Assembly: GCA_963813535.1 (NCBI GenBank)
Contig: CAWEZH010000002.1
Span: forward strand, 384,001 to 448,000
Direction: 5' to 3'
Length of the DNA: 64,000 nt
Origin: an uncultured Chloroflexia bacterium
GTDB taxonomy: Bacteria > Chloroflexota > Limnocylindria > Limnocylindrales > CSP1-4
Part shown: positions 53,101 through 62,244 of the stretch, one piece after another
How positions within the stretch are numbered: the first letter of the stretch is position 1
Layout of the letters: the number at the start of each line of letters is the position of its first letter
The notes under the pieces: generated by a model
What the model was told of the DNA's origin: nothing
The model's input: the letters and a program-made list of their open reading frames with translations, nothing else
The model's database searches: none
Program-made: the position numbers and the translations under genes

Positions 53101-53928
53101 CTAGGCGGCGTCGAACGCGTCAACCAGGAGCCTGATTGATCGGTATGGCTGCGCGTCCGAACCCCTGAATAGCTGGATCTTGATCTCTTGGTCGTCTCCC
53201 GGCGTGGGCACGGTGAAATCGACCATGCCGGTCCACGTATTCCCTGGCTCCACGGAGATGGGGTCCGTCGCCGCGAGGCGCTTCGACGCAGATTCCACGA
53301 CGATCCGATAGGGCTGGGCCGAGCCGTCGTGGTTGGAGATACCCACAGTGATCGTGGTAGGAGTTCCTGACGGGACGCGTGCCGGCAGTCCTTCAGCCGT
53401 ACCGTCCGGGCCGAGCACGAAGAACTCGGTCGTTCGGGATGGAGCAGCGATGCCGAGAGCGAGCAGCGCCACGACCAGGACGACGACCAACCCAACCGCG
53501 ACACCCGCCCAGCGACCACCCACCCCCCGCCACCGCGAGGGATCTAGCGGGGCGGTCCCGGAGGGAGGGCCGGCGGCCCGACGACCCCTCCGCCGCCACC
53601 AGGCAACCGCTGTCGCGAACAGCGTAACGGCACTCACCGCACCGACGATCGAGTCCGCCGTTAATCCGCCAGGGCTGAGGTTGAGGAACGGCGCCACGAA
53701 GACGATGATGCCGAACGAGAGACTGAACGTGAGCGCCGATCGCTCGAGGGCGTCGAGCTCGCCGGGCGGGAAGAGCGCCATGCTGACGCTGTAGCCCGGT
53801 AGGACCAGAGCCGCGACGATGCCGACCGGCAGTCGCAGGAGGACCGGCAACTCGAGAACGGCCATCGCCATTGCAAGGAGGCATCCGAGCGTGACAAGCA
53901 GAAGGTCGAAATTGGCAGGCCACCTCAT
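53101..53928 (-). CDS. DUF1616-family membrane protein
   Basis: LVLPGY...ALFP...LERSALTFSLS, TEFFVLGPDG, VGISNHDG, PYRSIRL. GAGGG RBS before ATG 53928. Confidence 0.82.
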   Translation of the reverse strand: MRWPANFDLLLVTLGCLLAMAMAVLELPVLLRLPVGIVAALVLPGYSVSMALFPPGELDALERSALTFSLSFGIIVFVAPFLNLSPGGLTADSIVGAVSAVTLFATAVAWWRRRGRRAAGPPSGTAPLDPSRWRGVGGRWAGVAVGLVVVLVVALLALGIAAPSRTTEFFVLGPDGTAEGLPARVPSGTPTTITVGISNHDGSAQPYRIVVESASKRLAATDPISVEPGNTWTGMVDFTVPTPGDDQEIKIQLFRGSDAQPYRSIRLLVDAFDAA

Positions 53929-54735
53929 CGCCCTCGACCGCCGGAAGCCCTCGACCGTGTCGACCAGCGACCCGACAGCGACCAGTTCGACGGCCGTCGC
54001 GGCACCGTCTCCGCTGGCCACGGCGGTCGCGCCTGCGTCGGCTGCGGTGTCACCGCCGTTCGATGCCACGCCGGCGCCCGGTGTCGCCGAGTCAGCTGGT
54101 GCCTGGCGGACGTCCCCGGCCGATCGAGGCAGGATCGACGGCCGTCGATCGGTCGAGTTCGTATAGGCGGGTCGCACGATGCCGACGATCTCCGCGCTCC
54201 GGCCTTTGCTGAGCGCTGTGATCGGGATGTGGGCGCCCCGTTGGCCCACGACGACGAGCCGCTGCGCTCCGATCGCGATCTCGGCGCGCCACCGCTCGCC
54301 GCGCTTGCGCACGCTATCCACGCGACCGGAGATCGCCACGAGCTGCCATGTGTGGGCGGACGTCAGCGGTCCCGCGATCCGCAGCGGTGTCGGCACTGCC
54401 GCTGATCCGCGCCGCTCGACGGACGTCGCTCGCAGCCGCGGAGCGCCGTATGCCGTCCCGACCGTCCCGATGGCCCTGATCCGGGCGCCGATGCCCGGGG
54501 CGCCCACCCCCTTCGGCAGGAGGACTTCGATGGCGCCGGTCGAGTCCTGTACGACGATTCGGCGCCCGCTGGCATCGAGCAGGTTGGCGGAAGCCGTCAC
54601 GACGGCCTCGACTGCAATGTCGCGATCGCCGACCCGTAAGGCCGACGCGATTGGGATGACGGAGGGCACGTCCAGCGACGTTCTCGGCGTTCCGGATGCC
54701 TTCGGCGTCGGCGTCGAATCAGCAGCGAGCAGCAT
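53929..54735 (-). pseudogene. Fragment of a tandem OB-fold extracellular protein, in frame with DUF1616
   Basis: AVVTA...IVVQDSTGAIEV...G.RIRAIGTV...YGAPRL and LVAISGRV...EIVGIV...ILPRS repeats; no signal peptide; no stop before DUF1616. Confidence 0.55.
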
Positions 54736-55074
54736 GACATCCCAGCCGTCGTCTGCCCGAGCACCAAGGTCCCGCCTTTGTCTCGGCGGTCGCAACGGGA
54801 TCAAAAGAGCCATTCTGCCATTGGTTCCCGGTCGGAACGGCCAGACCGCGTGACCTTCGCCGAGCCCGCTGGGGGTCGCCCCGGACGTCCACGGGCGGGG
54901 CCGCTGGTGGAGTGCAGCGTCTCGGAGGCCCACACCCGCCTGGCGCGATGACACGAGCCCCCGGGCGTCGGGGGAGGCGCCGGTCGCTCCGTACACCCGG
55001 CGGTTCGAGCGAGTCGAAACCGTAAGCCTCCCGCTGGAGTCGGTGCCAGGCGTCGCGGTGCGGTTCGTGTCGCC

Positions 55075-55536
55075 ATGCTGCCACCGATCACGTCGGGATG
55101 ACGTCTGTACCCCCTTGACGCCGTACTGATGACTATGAAACTGTACGCTTCGAGGGGGAGCGCGCGACCAGTTCCGTGCCCCAACCATCTGCGGACCAGG
55201 ATCCGATGGCGACTCACCGTCGGGTCTTGCAACCTGTCGGGTCTTGCAACCTATCTTCCAGCCGGGGGAGGTGGGTTCGATAGGGGTGACACGGACGTCT
55301 CGCAGGGTCGGCGAATCGCCATGATCGCGGTCGTTTGCGCCGGGCCCCACCTGGGGATGAGCGTCGCGAATGACGCTGCCAGCCTGACGCTACCGACGTC
55401 CACCACGCTCCCAGTCCGTCGGGTCGAGAGCGCCCGGGCAAGGCAGCGTGATCGCATCGTGGGCGAGGGGTCCTGCCGATGGTAGTCGCCGTTGCTCCGG
55501 CCCGGGCGGGTCGAGCGATCGTGCGCATCTTCACGC
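55075..55536 (+). repeat. Copy 2 of the ~450-bp direct repeat, with an internal 17-bp tandem duplication (55219-55252)
   Basis: Matches 50243-50691; GTCGGGTCTTGCAACCT occurs twice in tandem. Confidence 0.95.
55357..55485 (+). CDS. Putative leader peptide/small ORF (42 aa) in repeat copy 2
   Basis: Paralogue of 50512-50631; TGA>TGC extends it by CRW. Confidence 0.35.
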   Translation: MSVANDAASLTLPTSTTLPVRRVESARARQRDRIVGEGSCRW

Positions 55537-55657
55537 TGTCATGCCGACGTCTCGACACACGAGCGTCAGCGGGTCGCAGTCCACGGAGCAATCCTGAACG
55601 ACCCAGAATGACATTGATGTCGCGCCGCCTACTCCGCGGCCTTGGTACTTAGTACAC

Positions 55658-57106
55658 ATGCTGCGCTTCTTTGAGGCAGAGTCGTCAGACGTCGCGATCG
55701 CCCACCGGCACGTGACCTACGCGTTCCCCGCCACTCCAGGGATTTGCGGTCCTCGGTCGGGACCAGTGCGAGATTACGCGCGAGCCGGCGGACTTGTGAA
55801 GCGGGACGCCTCCTCGAGTGGTCCAGATCGTAAAGAGCGAGATGCCGGTCGCACTTCCCCAGATTCGCCGGTCCGTCGACCAGTACGTCCCGTTGGTCCT
55901 TCCACAGGCGCGAGCGATTCGCCTCTCCCGATCGTTCTCGCGCTCATGGCCTTCTACCCACCCGCCTATCGCGCTGGAGGACCGCCGCGCACCGTGCCAA
56001 GGATCGTGGATGAGCTCAGCGATGAGTTCCGGTTCCTCGTGATCACGCGAGATCGAGATCTCGGTGTCTCGACGCGATTGGCCGGCGTCGTGCCCGATCG
56101 TTGGGTCAACTACGGGAGCGCTCGCTGCCTGTACCTGTCGACGCGGCGTCGGCTGATGGGGGGCCTCATCGCCTCGGTTCGGCGTTCGCAGCACGACGCC
56201 CTGTATCTCAACAGCCTATTCTCGATCGAGTTCAGCTTGATCCCGCTCTTGTTTCGCCAGCTTCGCTTCGTGCCGCGACGGGGATTGGTGATTGCGCCGC
56301 GGGGCGAGATGGACGATAGCGCCCTCGCGATCAAACGCCGGAGAAAGCGGCTCTATATTTGGTGTGTCCAACAGCTGCGCCTACTTGACGATGCGATCTG
56401 GCACGCCGCCAGCAAGGAAGAGGCCCAGTCCATCGGCCAGCGGTTTGGCACGCAGACCCGAGTGGCGATCGCCTCTGACATTCCGATTCGGCCCAGCATG
56501 GCAGCAAGCCAGACTCCGAAACAGGCAGGGACTCTTGAGGTGATCTTCCTGAGTCGAATCGCTCGGATGAAGAACCTTGACTTCGCAATCGCCGTGCTTG
56601 CCGCAATCAGAGGCGGCGTGAACTTCAACGTCTTCGGTCCTATCGAGGATCGACAATATTGGGCTGATTGTCAGCGCCTTGCTGTTCGGCTCCCCGGCAA
56701 CGTGAGGCTCCGTTATCGAGGGCTGGTCAAACCGGACGAGGTCACCCAGGTCATCGAGCGTCACCACCTTTTCTTCCTGCCCTCACAAGGCGAGAGCTTC
56801 GGACATGCGATCGTGGAGTCGCTCATGGCCGGGTGCGCGGTCCTGATCAGCGACCAGACTCCTTGGCGCAACTTGGAAGCACGGCGCGCAGGATGGGAGC
56901 TCCCACTATCACGCCCGGATCTCTTCTGCGAGGTCATCGAACGATGTGTCGGCATGACCCAGGCAGAGCTTGCGACGTGGTCGGCTGGCGCGCGACAGCT
57001 GGGTCGCGAGATCGCAGACGATCCGACCCTTGACGCAGCTTATCGACGGATCTTTAGAGCAGCGCTCAACACCGGCCAAGAGGGGCAGCTGACGCCTCAG
57101 GGCTAG
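55658..57106 (+). CDS. GT4 glycosyltransferase
   Basis: YPPAYRAGGP, YLNSLFS, IAPRGE, FLSRIARMKNL, FLPSQGESFGHAIVE. True start is probably downstream (e.g. GTG 55796). Confidence 0.9.
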   Translation: MLRFFEAESSDVAIAHRHVTYAFPATPGICGPRSGPVRDYARAGGLVKRDASSSGPDRKERDAGRTSPDSPVRRPVRPVGPSTGASDSPLPIVLALMAFYPPAYRAGGPPRTVPRIVDELSDEFRFLVITRDRDLGVSTRLAGVVPDRWVNYGSARCLYLSTRRRLMGGLIASVRRSQHDALYLNSLFSIEFSLIPLLFRQLRFVPRRGLVIAPRGEMDDSALAIKRRRKRLYIWCVQQLRLLDDAIWHAASKEEAQSIGQRFGTQTRVAIASDIPIRPSMAASQTPKQAGTLEVIFLSRIARMKNLDFAIAVLAAIRGGVNFNVFGPIEDRQYWADCQRLAVRLPGNVRLRYRGLVKPDEVTQVIERHHLFFLPSQGESFGHAIVESLMAGCAVLISDQTPWRNLEARRAGWELPLSRPDLFCEVIERCVGMTQAELATWSAGARQLGREIADDPTLDAAYRRIFRAALNTGQEGQLTPQG

Positions 57107-57192
57107 CCATGCCACAACGTCCACAACAGCGGTCTGTACGCTGCTGGCCGGTCGGCGATAACAGGCTCATGGGAGGACTTTGGAGATCACAG

Positions 57193-57366
57193 ATGGCCCC
57201 TCGTCCGGTCCTTGTGTATGACATGACAAAGCCCGAAATCGAGTCGGCGGTGCCCGACATGCACACTCTGGCGCTGCCCGTGGCGATCCGTATCGACTCG
57301 TCGTTGTTTCAACGGCTTGAAGGGACGAGCGATGACGACCTCGCCCAGTGGGGTACGGCGACGTGA
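57193..57366 (+). CDS. Putative small protein (57 aa) or gene remnant
   Basis: GGAG RBS at 57182-57185; its stop overlaps the GTG of the epimerase gene (GTGA). Confidence 0.3.
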   Translation: MAPRPVLVYDMTKPEIESAVPDMHTLALPVAIRIDSSLFQRLEGTSDDDLAQWGTAT

Positions 57367-58280
57367 GCCGCATCCTTATCACGGGCGCATTGGGCGCGGT
57401 CGGGGCACGATTGTGGCGCCTGCTGCAGGAGCGCGGACACGAGGTTCACGGTTGCGACCTCAGACAAACCGATCTCCCGAATTACGACCGGTGTGACGTC
57501 GCGGACTATCGACTCCTCGATTCTCTGTTCGACGAGCACAGTTTCGACGTTGTCTATCACGCTGCGGCCGAGTTCGGTCGCCTTAATGGCGAGCGTCATT
57601 ACGAGTCACTCTGGCGAACGAACGCCATCGGGACCAAAAACATCCTGCGGCTGCAGGAAGAACGCCGATTTCGACTGGTCCTGTTCTCGAGTAGTGAGGT
57701 CTACGGCGATTGGCCGGGCGTCATGGCCGAAGAGGTGCTCGACGAGCACCCGATCAAGCAGATGAACGACTACGCGATCACCAAGTGGGTGAACGAGCTG
57801 CAGGCGTTGAACTCTGCGGCCCAATTCGGCACCGAGACCGTCAGGGTCAGGCTCTTCAACACCTACGGACCTGGCGAGTACTACTCCCCGTTTCGAAGCG
57901 TGATCTGCATCTTCATCTATTGCGCCCTGCACGACCTTCCGTACACCGTGTACCTGGGCCACCATCGCACCAGCACCTACATCGATGACACTGTGCGGAC
58001 GCTGGCCAACATCAGCGACAACTTCGTGCCGGGCGCCGTATACAACATTGCCGGCGATGAGTACCACGACATCAAGTCCGTGTCCGACCTCATCCTGCAA
58101 AAGGTCGGCAAGGACGACCACCTCGTCACCTACATGCCAAACGAAGCGCACAACACGAAGGACAAGCGAACGGATGCGACCCGGGCCCGCGTCGATCTTC
58201 GACATGAGCGGACCGTCGGGCTCGAGGAAGGGATCGACCGGACGATCGCTTGGCAAAGGGCAACCTATGACGTCCGGTAG
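57363..58280 (+). CDS. NAD-dependent NDP-sugar epimerase/dehydratase
   Basis: ILITGALGAVG, SSSEVYG, YAITK (YxxxK), RLFNTYGPGE. Confidence 0.92.
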   Translation: MSRILITGALGAVGARLWRLLQERGHEVHGCDLRQTDLPNYDRCDVADYRLLDSLFDEHSFDVVYHAAAEFGRLNGERHYESLWRTNAIGTKNILRLQEERRFRLVLFSSSEVYGDWPGVMAEEVLDEHPIKQMNDYAITKWVNELQALNSAAQFGTETVRVRLFNTYGPGEYYSPFRSVICIFIYCALHDLPYTVYLGHHRTSTYIDDTVRTLANISDNFVPGAVYNIAGDEYHDIKSVSDLILQKVGKDDHLVTYMPNEAHNTKDKRTDATRARVDLRHERTVGLEEGIDRTIAWQRATYDVR

Positions 58281-58417
58281 ATGGGCGGGCCGATCGCTCG
58301 TGGCCGGTGGGACCGCAGCCCTAGTTGTGCTTTCCGGCGCGGCGTAGACGACCTTGACCTGTATCGATCCCGTCGGAACCCATTTGGGGCATCGCTGCTG
58401 CAGGGCGCAGTAGAGTC

Positions 58418-59692
58418 GTGGAGGCACGGGCTCAGGATCCGAGGGTGGCAAGCCGTCGCGACCCCGACGCGCCCCTCAGGATCCTGGTTGTTCAGGAGAC
58501 GGATTGGATCGATCGAAATCCGATCCTTCACCATCGGATGCTGGAGTCACTCTCGATCGGCGGAGATGACATCACGGTCTTGGACTACGAGACCCTTTGG
58601 GGCCGCAGCGGGAGGTTGCCGCTCTGGCAGCGCCGGCGCGTCTGGACGGATGTGTCGAAATTCCTTCCCAGCTCACGCATCGACGTCATTCGGCCGGCGA
58701 TGCTCCGTGTGCCGGGGTTGGCGCGTCTCTCTTGGCTTCTTGCCACGTGGCGGGAGCTGAGGCGGTACATGCACGCTGGTCGACCCGACGTGATCGTTGC
58801 GTATGGGATCACGAATTCGTTTCTCGCACGCCTCGTCGCGCGCAGGCACCGCATCCCGTTCATCTTCCACCTATTCGACTCGCTCCATGCGTTGGCGGAG
58901 CCCGTCGCATTGCGTCCGCTCGCAGCATTCGTCGAGGGCGTGGTACTGCGGTCAGCGGATCGCGTCGTGATCGCGCATCGGGCGCTGAGCGGCTACGTGA
59001 CCCGCATGGGAGTCCGGCCTGAACGCGTGATTCTGATCGCCAACGGCGTGACTCGGCGACAGCCGGAACCATCAACGCGCGCGGCCATGCGGTTGCGACT
59101 CGGCATCGCAGACGGCGAGGTCGCGCTGCTCTTCGTAGGGTGGCTGTACCGCCACAGCGGTCTGGTCGAGCTCGCCCTCGAGCTCGCGGGGGACATCACC
59201 AGATACGCCAGATTCAAGGTCGTCGTCGTGGGAGACGGAGATATAGGCACTACCCTAGCAGAGATCAAGGCGGCCAAGGGCCTAGGTGATCGCCTGATAT
59301 TGACTGGGCGACGGCCGGTTGGCGAGATTGCCGACTTCATCGTTGCGTCGGACCTGTGTCTCGTGCCTTCAATGCCGGACAAGGCGATGCGATACGTCGT
59401 TCCCTCCAAGGTCGATGAGTACATCGAAGTCGGTAGGCCCGTAGTCTCGACGCGACTCGAGGGAATGCTGGCGGAGTTCCGCGACATGGCTGGCATCATC
59501 TGGGTGGATGACGCGGCGGAGGTCCTGCCCCGCCTGGATGAACTGTTGTCAGGACCGCGGAAATCGAGCGACGTGCTCGCTGAGCTCTCTCGAGCGTGCG
59601 CGGAGTATGTGGCAACTCGTGAGGACTGGGAGACTGTGACGGGTCGTTTCCGGGCCGTTCTCACAGATGCAACCTCTCGATCCCGTGGCTGA
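58418..59692 (+). CDS. GT4 glycosyltransferase
   Basis: ILVVQETDW, LIANGV, LFVGWL, VVGDG, PSKVDEYIEVGRPVVST. Confidence 0.88.
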   Translation: MEARAQDPRVASRRDPDAPLRILVVQETDWIDRNPILHHRMLESLSIGGDDITVLDYETLWGRSGRLPLWQRRRVWTDVSKFLPSSRIDVIRPAMLRVPGLARLSWLLATWRELRRYMHAGRPDVIVAYGITNSFLARLVARRHRIPFIFHLFDSLHALAEPVALRPLAAFVEGVVLRSADRVVIAHRALSGYVTRMGVRPERVILIANGVTRRQPEPSTRAAMRLRLGIADGEVALLFVGWLYRHSGLVELALELAGDITRYARFKVVVVGDGDIGTTLAEIKAAKGLGDRLILTGRRPVGEIADFIVASDLCLVPSMPDKAMRYVVPSKVDEYIEVGRPVVSTRLEGMLAEFRDMAGIIWVDDAAEVLPRLDELLSGPRKSSDVLAELSRACAEYVATREDWETVTGRFRAVLTDATSRSRG

Positions 59693-59755
59693 GTCTCGCC
59701 CTCCATCGGAGCGCACCGCGCTAGGCCCAGGAGTGAATCATCGACACGGGCGGCG

Positions 59756-61144
59756 ATGCCCGAGCTGATTGAGACCAGGTTGACAGGTCCGAGCGGTACC
59801 GAGCGTGAGAACGGGCACAATCGCCCGGAGCGGACGGCCGACGAGCAAGCCAGCGCAGTCTCGATCGTACTGGCCACCTTCAACGGCGAGCGGTTCTTGG
59901 AACCGCTTCTCGAGAGCCTCGCCGACCAGACGATCGCGCCTCGCGAACTGGTCGTGGGCGACGATGGGTCGCAGGACAGGACCCCTGAGATCGTGTCGGA
60001 GTTTGCCCGTAGGGCTCCGTTCCCGGTGACATTCACGCAGAACGAGCATCGCCTCGGTTTTGCCGACAGCTTCCTCGCACTGGCACGCACCGCCGTCGGC
60101 CCATTGCTCGCGTTCTGTGATCAAGACGACGTCTGGCATCCTGCGAAGCTTGAACGAGCCAGCGCCTGGTTCCATGATCCCGAGGTCGGGCTCGTTCTGC
60201 ACCGAAATCTCCTGGTCGATGAGTCGCTGCAGTCGCGCGGGCAGCGCTTCCCGCCGATCCGAAGGACCGAGATCCGAGGCCCGCGCCGGGTCGACCCGTG
60301 GTTCCCTTGCCCAGGCATGGCCATCGTCGTCCGGCGCTCCCTCCTCGACCAGGTCGCGGGACAGGCACGGCCACCGTCGCGGGACTTGGACGGGCACCCG
60401 ATGGACCATGACGAATGGGCATACCTCGTATCGGCCAGCCTGGGCAGCACGGTCCTTCTGGCGGAGGATCTGGCCTCCTACCGACAGCATTTTCAGAGTT
60501 ACCTTGGCGCCCCCGCAGCTGGCCTGCGTGAACAGATCGAGCGGGGTTTGCGATACGGCGCGCGCGACTACCTGCGGCCGCGCGCCGAGATGTACCAGGC
60601 GCTGGCCGAATTCTGGGATGCCTTTGCCCACGATACGGGACGACCCCGTCCTGTTGCAGATCGAGCCGCCGCTTCGGCGGCCTGGTATCGGCGCCTGGCT
60701 GCGAGCCAGTCCGCCCGGGCCAGCATCCACGACACCCGAGTCGGACGGGCCAAGCGCGCCCTGCGCGCACTTCGGCTCATAGCGACCGGGGTCTACCGGT
60801 CTCCGATCGCCGGTGGAGTGGGCGCTCGCGCGCTAATCGGGGACATCTTGGAGTTGATCGGCCCGGCACAGGCGGCTCCGATCGAGATCAGTCGGGACGT
60901 CGCGGCTCGCATCCTTCGGGCACGCGCGGCGGGACGCCGGCCAGAGGCGGTAGCGGAGGAACTCAGCCGCGAGAAGGTGCCCCCACCGTATGGTCGACGA
61001 TGGTCGGTCGCGATGGTGCGCGACTTCGCGTTCCAACACGAGCGAGAGGTGGAACGGGCAGCGGCCACCCCGAGCAGGGTTGGTGTGGCTTCGTTATCGA
61101 CCGATGGCCCGCCTGGACACAATCAGGAGCGACCGAGCTCCTGA
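59756..61144 (+). CDS. GT2 glycosyltransferase (rhamnosyltransferase-like) with C-terminal recombinase-type HTH-like extension
   Basis: IVLATFNGERFL, VGDDGSQDRT, AFCDQDDVW, HDEW, YRQH; tail AVAEELSREKVPPPYGRRWSVAMVR. Confidence 0.88.
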   Translation: MPELIETRLTGPSGTERENGHNRPERTADEQASAVSIVLATFNGERFLEPLLESLADQTIAPRELVVGDDGSQDRTPEIVSEFARRAPFPVTFTQNEHRLGFADSFLALARTAVGPLLAFCDQDDVWHPAKLERASAWFHDPEVGLVLHRNLLVDESLQSRGQRFPPIRRTEIRGPRRVDPWFPCPGMAIVVRRSLLDQVAGQARPPSRDLDGHPMDHDEWAYLVSASLGSTVLLAEDLASYRQHFQSYLGAPAAGLREQIERGLRYGARDYLRPRAEMYQALAEFWDAFAHDTGRPRPVADRAAASAAWYRRLAASQSARASIHDTRVGRAKRALRALRLIATGVYRSPIAGGVGARALIGDILELIGPAQAAPIEISRDVAARILRARAAGRRPEAVAEELSREKVPPPYGRRWSVAMVRDFAFQHEREVERAAATPSRVGVASLSTDGPPGHNQERPSS

Positions 61145-61240
61145 TTTCAGCCGGCCTCGGCCAATCACCGACCCGCACGCGACCCGATGTACTTGCGTGG
61201 CGCCGTACATGGCATGCTGGCACCTCTGTGAATCGCGCCC

Positions 61241-62200
61241 GTGCGTGAAGGAGCCTCAGTATTGACGTCCCTCGTAACCGGCGGAGCCGGCTTCATCGGT
61301 AGCAACCTGGTCCGACACCTTCTCGAGGAGGGATCCGAGGTCGTGGTCATCGACGACCTTTCGACCGGCCTTCGCGAACACCTTCCGCGGTCGTCAAAGC
61401 TGACGTTCATCGAAGCGAATCTGTCCGAAGTCCCCGACCTCGACCGGCTTATCCGACGGTGTGAATTCGTTTTCCACCTTGCGGCACAGGTGGGGAATAT
61501 GCGGTCCATCCAGGACCCCGTGCGCGATGCGCAGACGAACGTCATGGCCACGGTCCGGCTCCTCGATGCCTGCCGGAACGGCTCGGTCAGGATGATCGTG
61601 TGCTCGGCCTCGGCTGCAGCGTTCGGTGAAGCTCAGACGATACCGATCACTGAGGACCACCCTCAACGACCCGAGAGCTTCTATGCGCTCAGCAAGATGG
61701 CGGCCGAGTGGTATGCCGTACTCGCTTCGAGTCTGCTCAAGTTGCCTGCCGTGTGTCTCCGATATTTCAATGTCTATGGATTGCCGTTCGCAAAAAGCGA
61801 GTACGCCGGGGTGATAGCCTCCTTCCTTGACTGTCTTCAGAGAGACCGACCGCTCGTGATCTACGGCGATGGCTCTCAGGACCGAGATTTCGTCTACGTC
61901 AAGGACGTCGTGACCGCAAACCTGCTCGCGGCCCGCAAAGGCACGCCGGGTGGCGTCTACAACATCGGCACCGGAACGGCGACCACCGTTCTGGAGCTCG
62001 CACACCTGATGAGCGAGCTGGCTGGTCGAACACCTTGGATCGATTTCCAACCGTTCCGGACCGGCGAGGTTCGTCACAGCATGGCCGGGATCGACCGCGC
62101 GCGCGCCGATCTTGGATACGCGCCTTCGTACGACCTCCGGGCGGGCCTCCTCGAGATCTGGGGCGAGTTATGGACAGGGACCGCCCGCGGCGACGTTTGA
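61241..62200 (+). CDS. NAD-dependent epimerase (UDP-Glc/UDP-GlcNAc 4-epimerase-like)
   Basis: LVTGGAGFIGSNL, HLAAQ, YALSK, LRYFNVYG, YGDGSQDRDFVYV. Confidence 0.93.
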   Translation: MREGASVLTSLVTGGAGFIGSNLVRHLLEEGSEVVVIDDLSTGLREHLPRSSKLTFIEANLSEVPDLDRLIRRCEFVFHLAAQVGNMRSIQDPVRDAQTNVMATVRLLDACRNGSVRMIVCSASAAAFGEAQTIPITEDHPQRPESFYALSKMAAEWYAVLASSLLKLPAVCLRYFNVYGLPFAKSEYAGVIASFLDCLQRDRPLVIYGDGSQDRDFVYVKDVVTANLLAARKGTPGGVYNIGTGTATTVLELAHLMSELAGRTPWIDFQPFRTGEVRHSMAGIDRARADLGYAPSYDLRAGLLEIWGELWTGTARGDV

Positions 62201-62244
62201 CCACTGGGATCGGCGACGGCCATCCGGCGCACGGCCCCGCAGCG

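Noticed and set aside
54736-55350. N-terminal part of the 749-aa ORF 53101-55350
   Set aside because: It runs antisense through the duplicated leader, the frame is not preserved in copy 1, and the translation is not protein-like.
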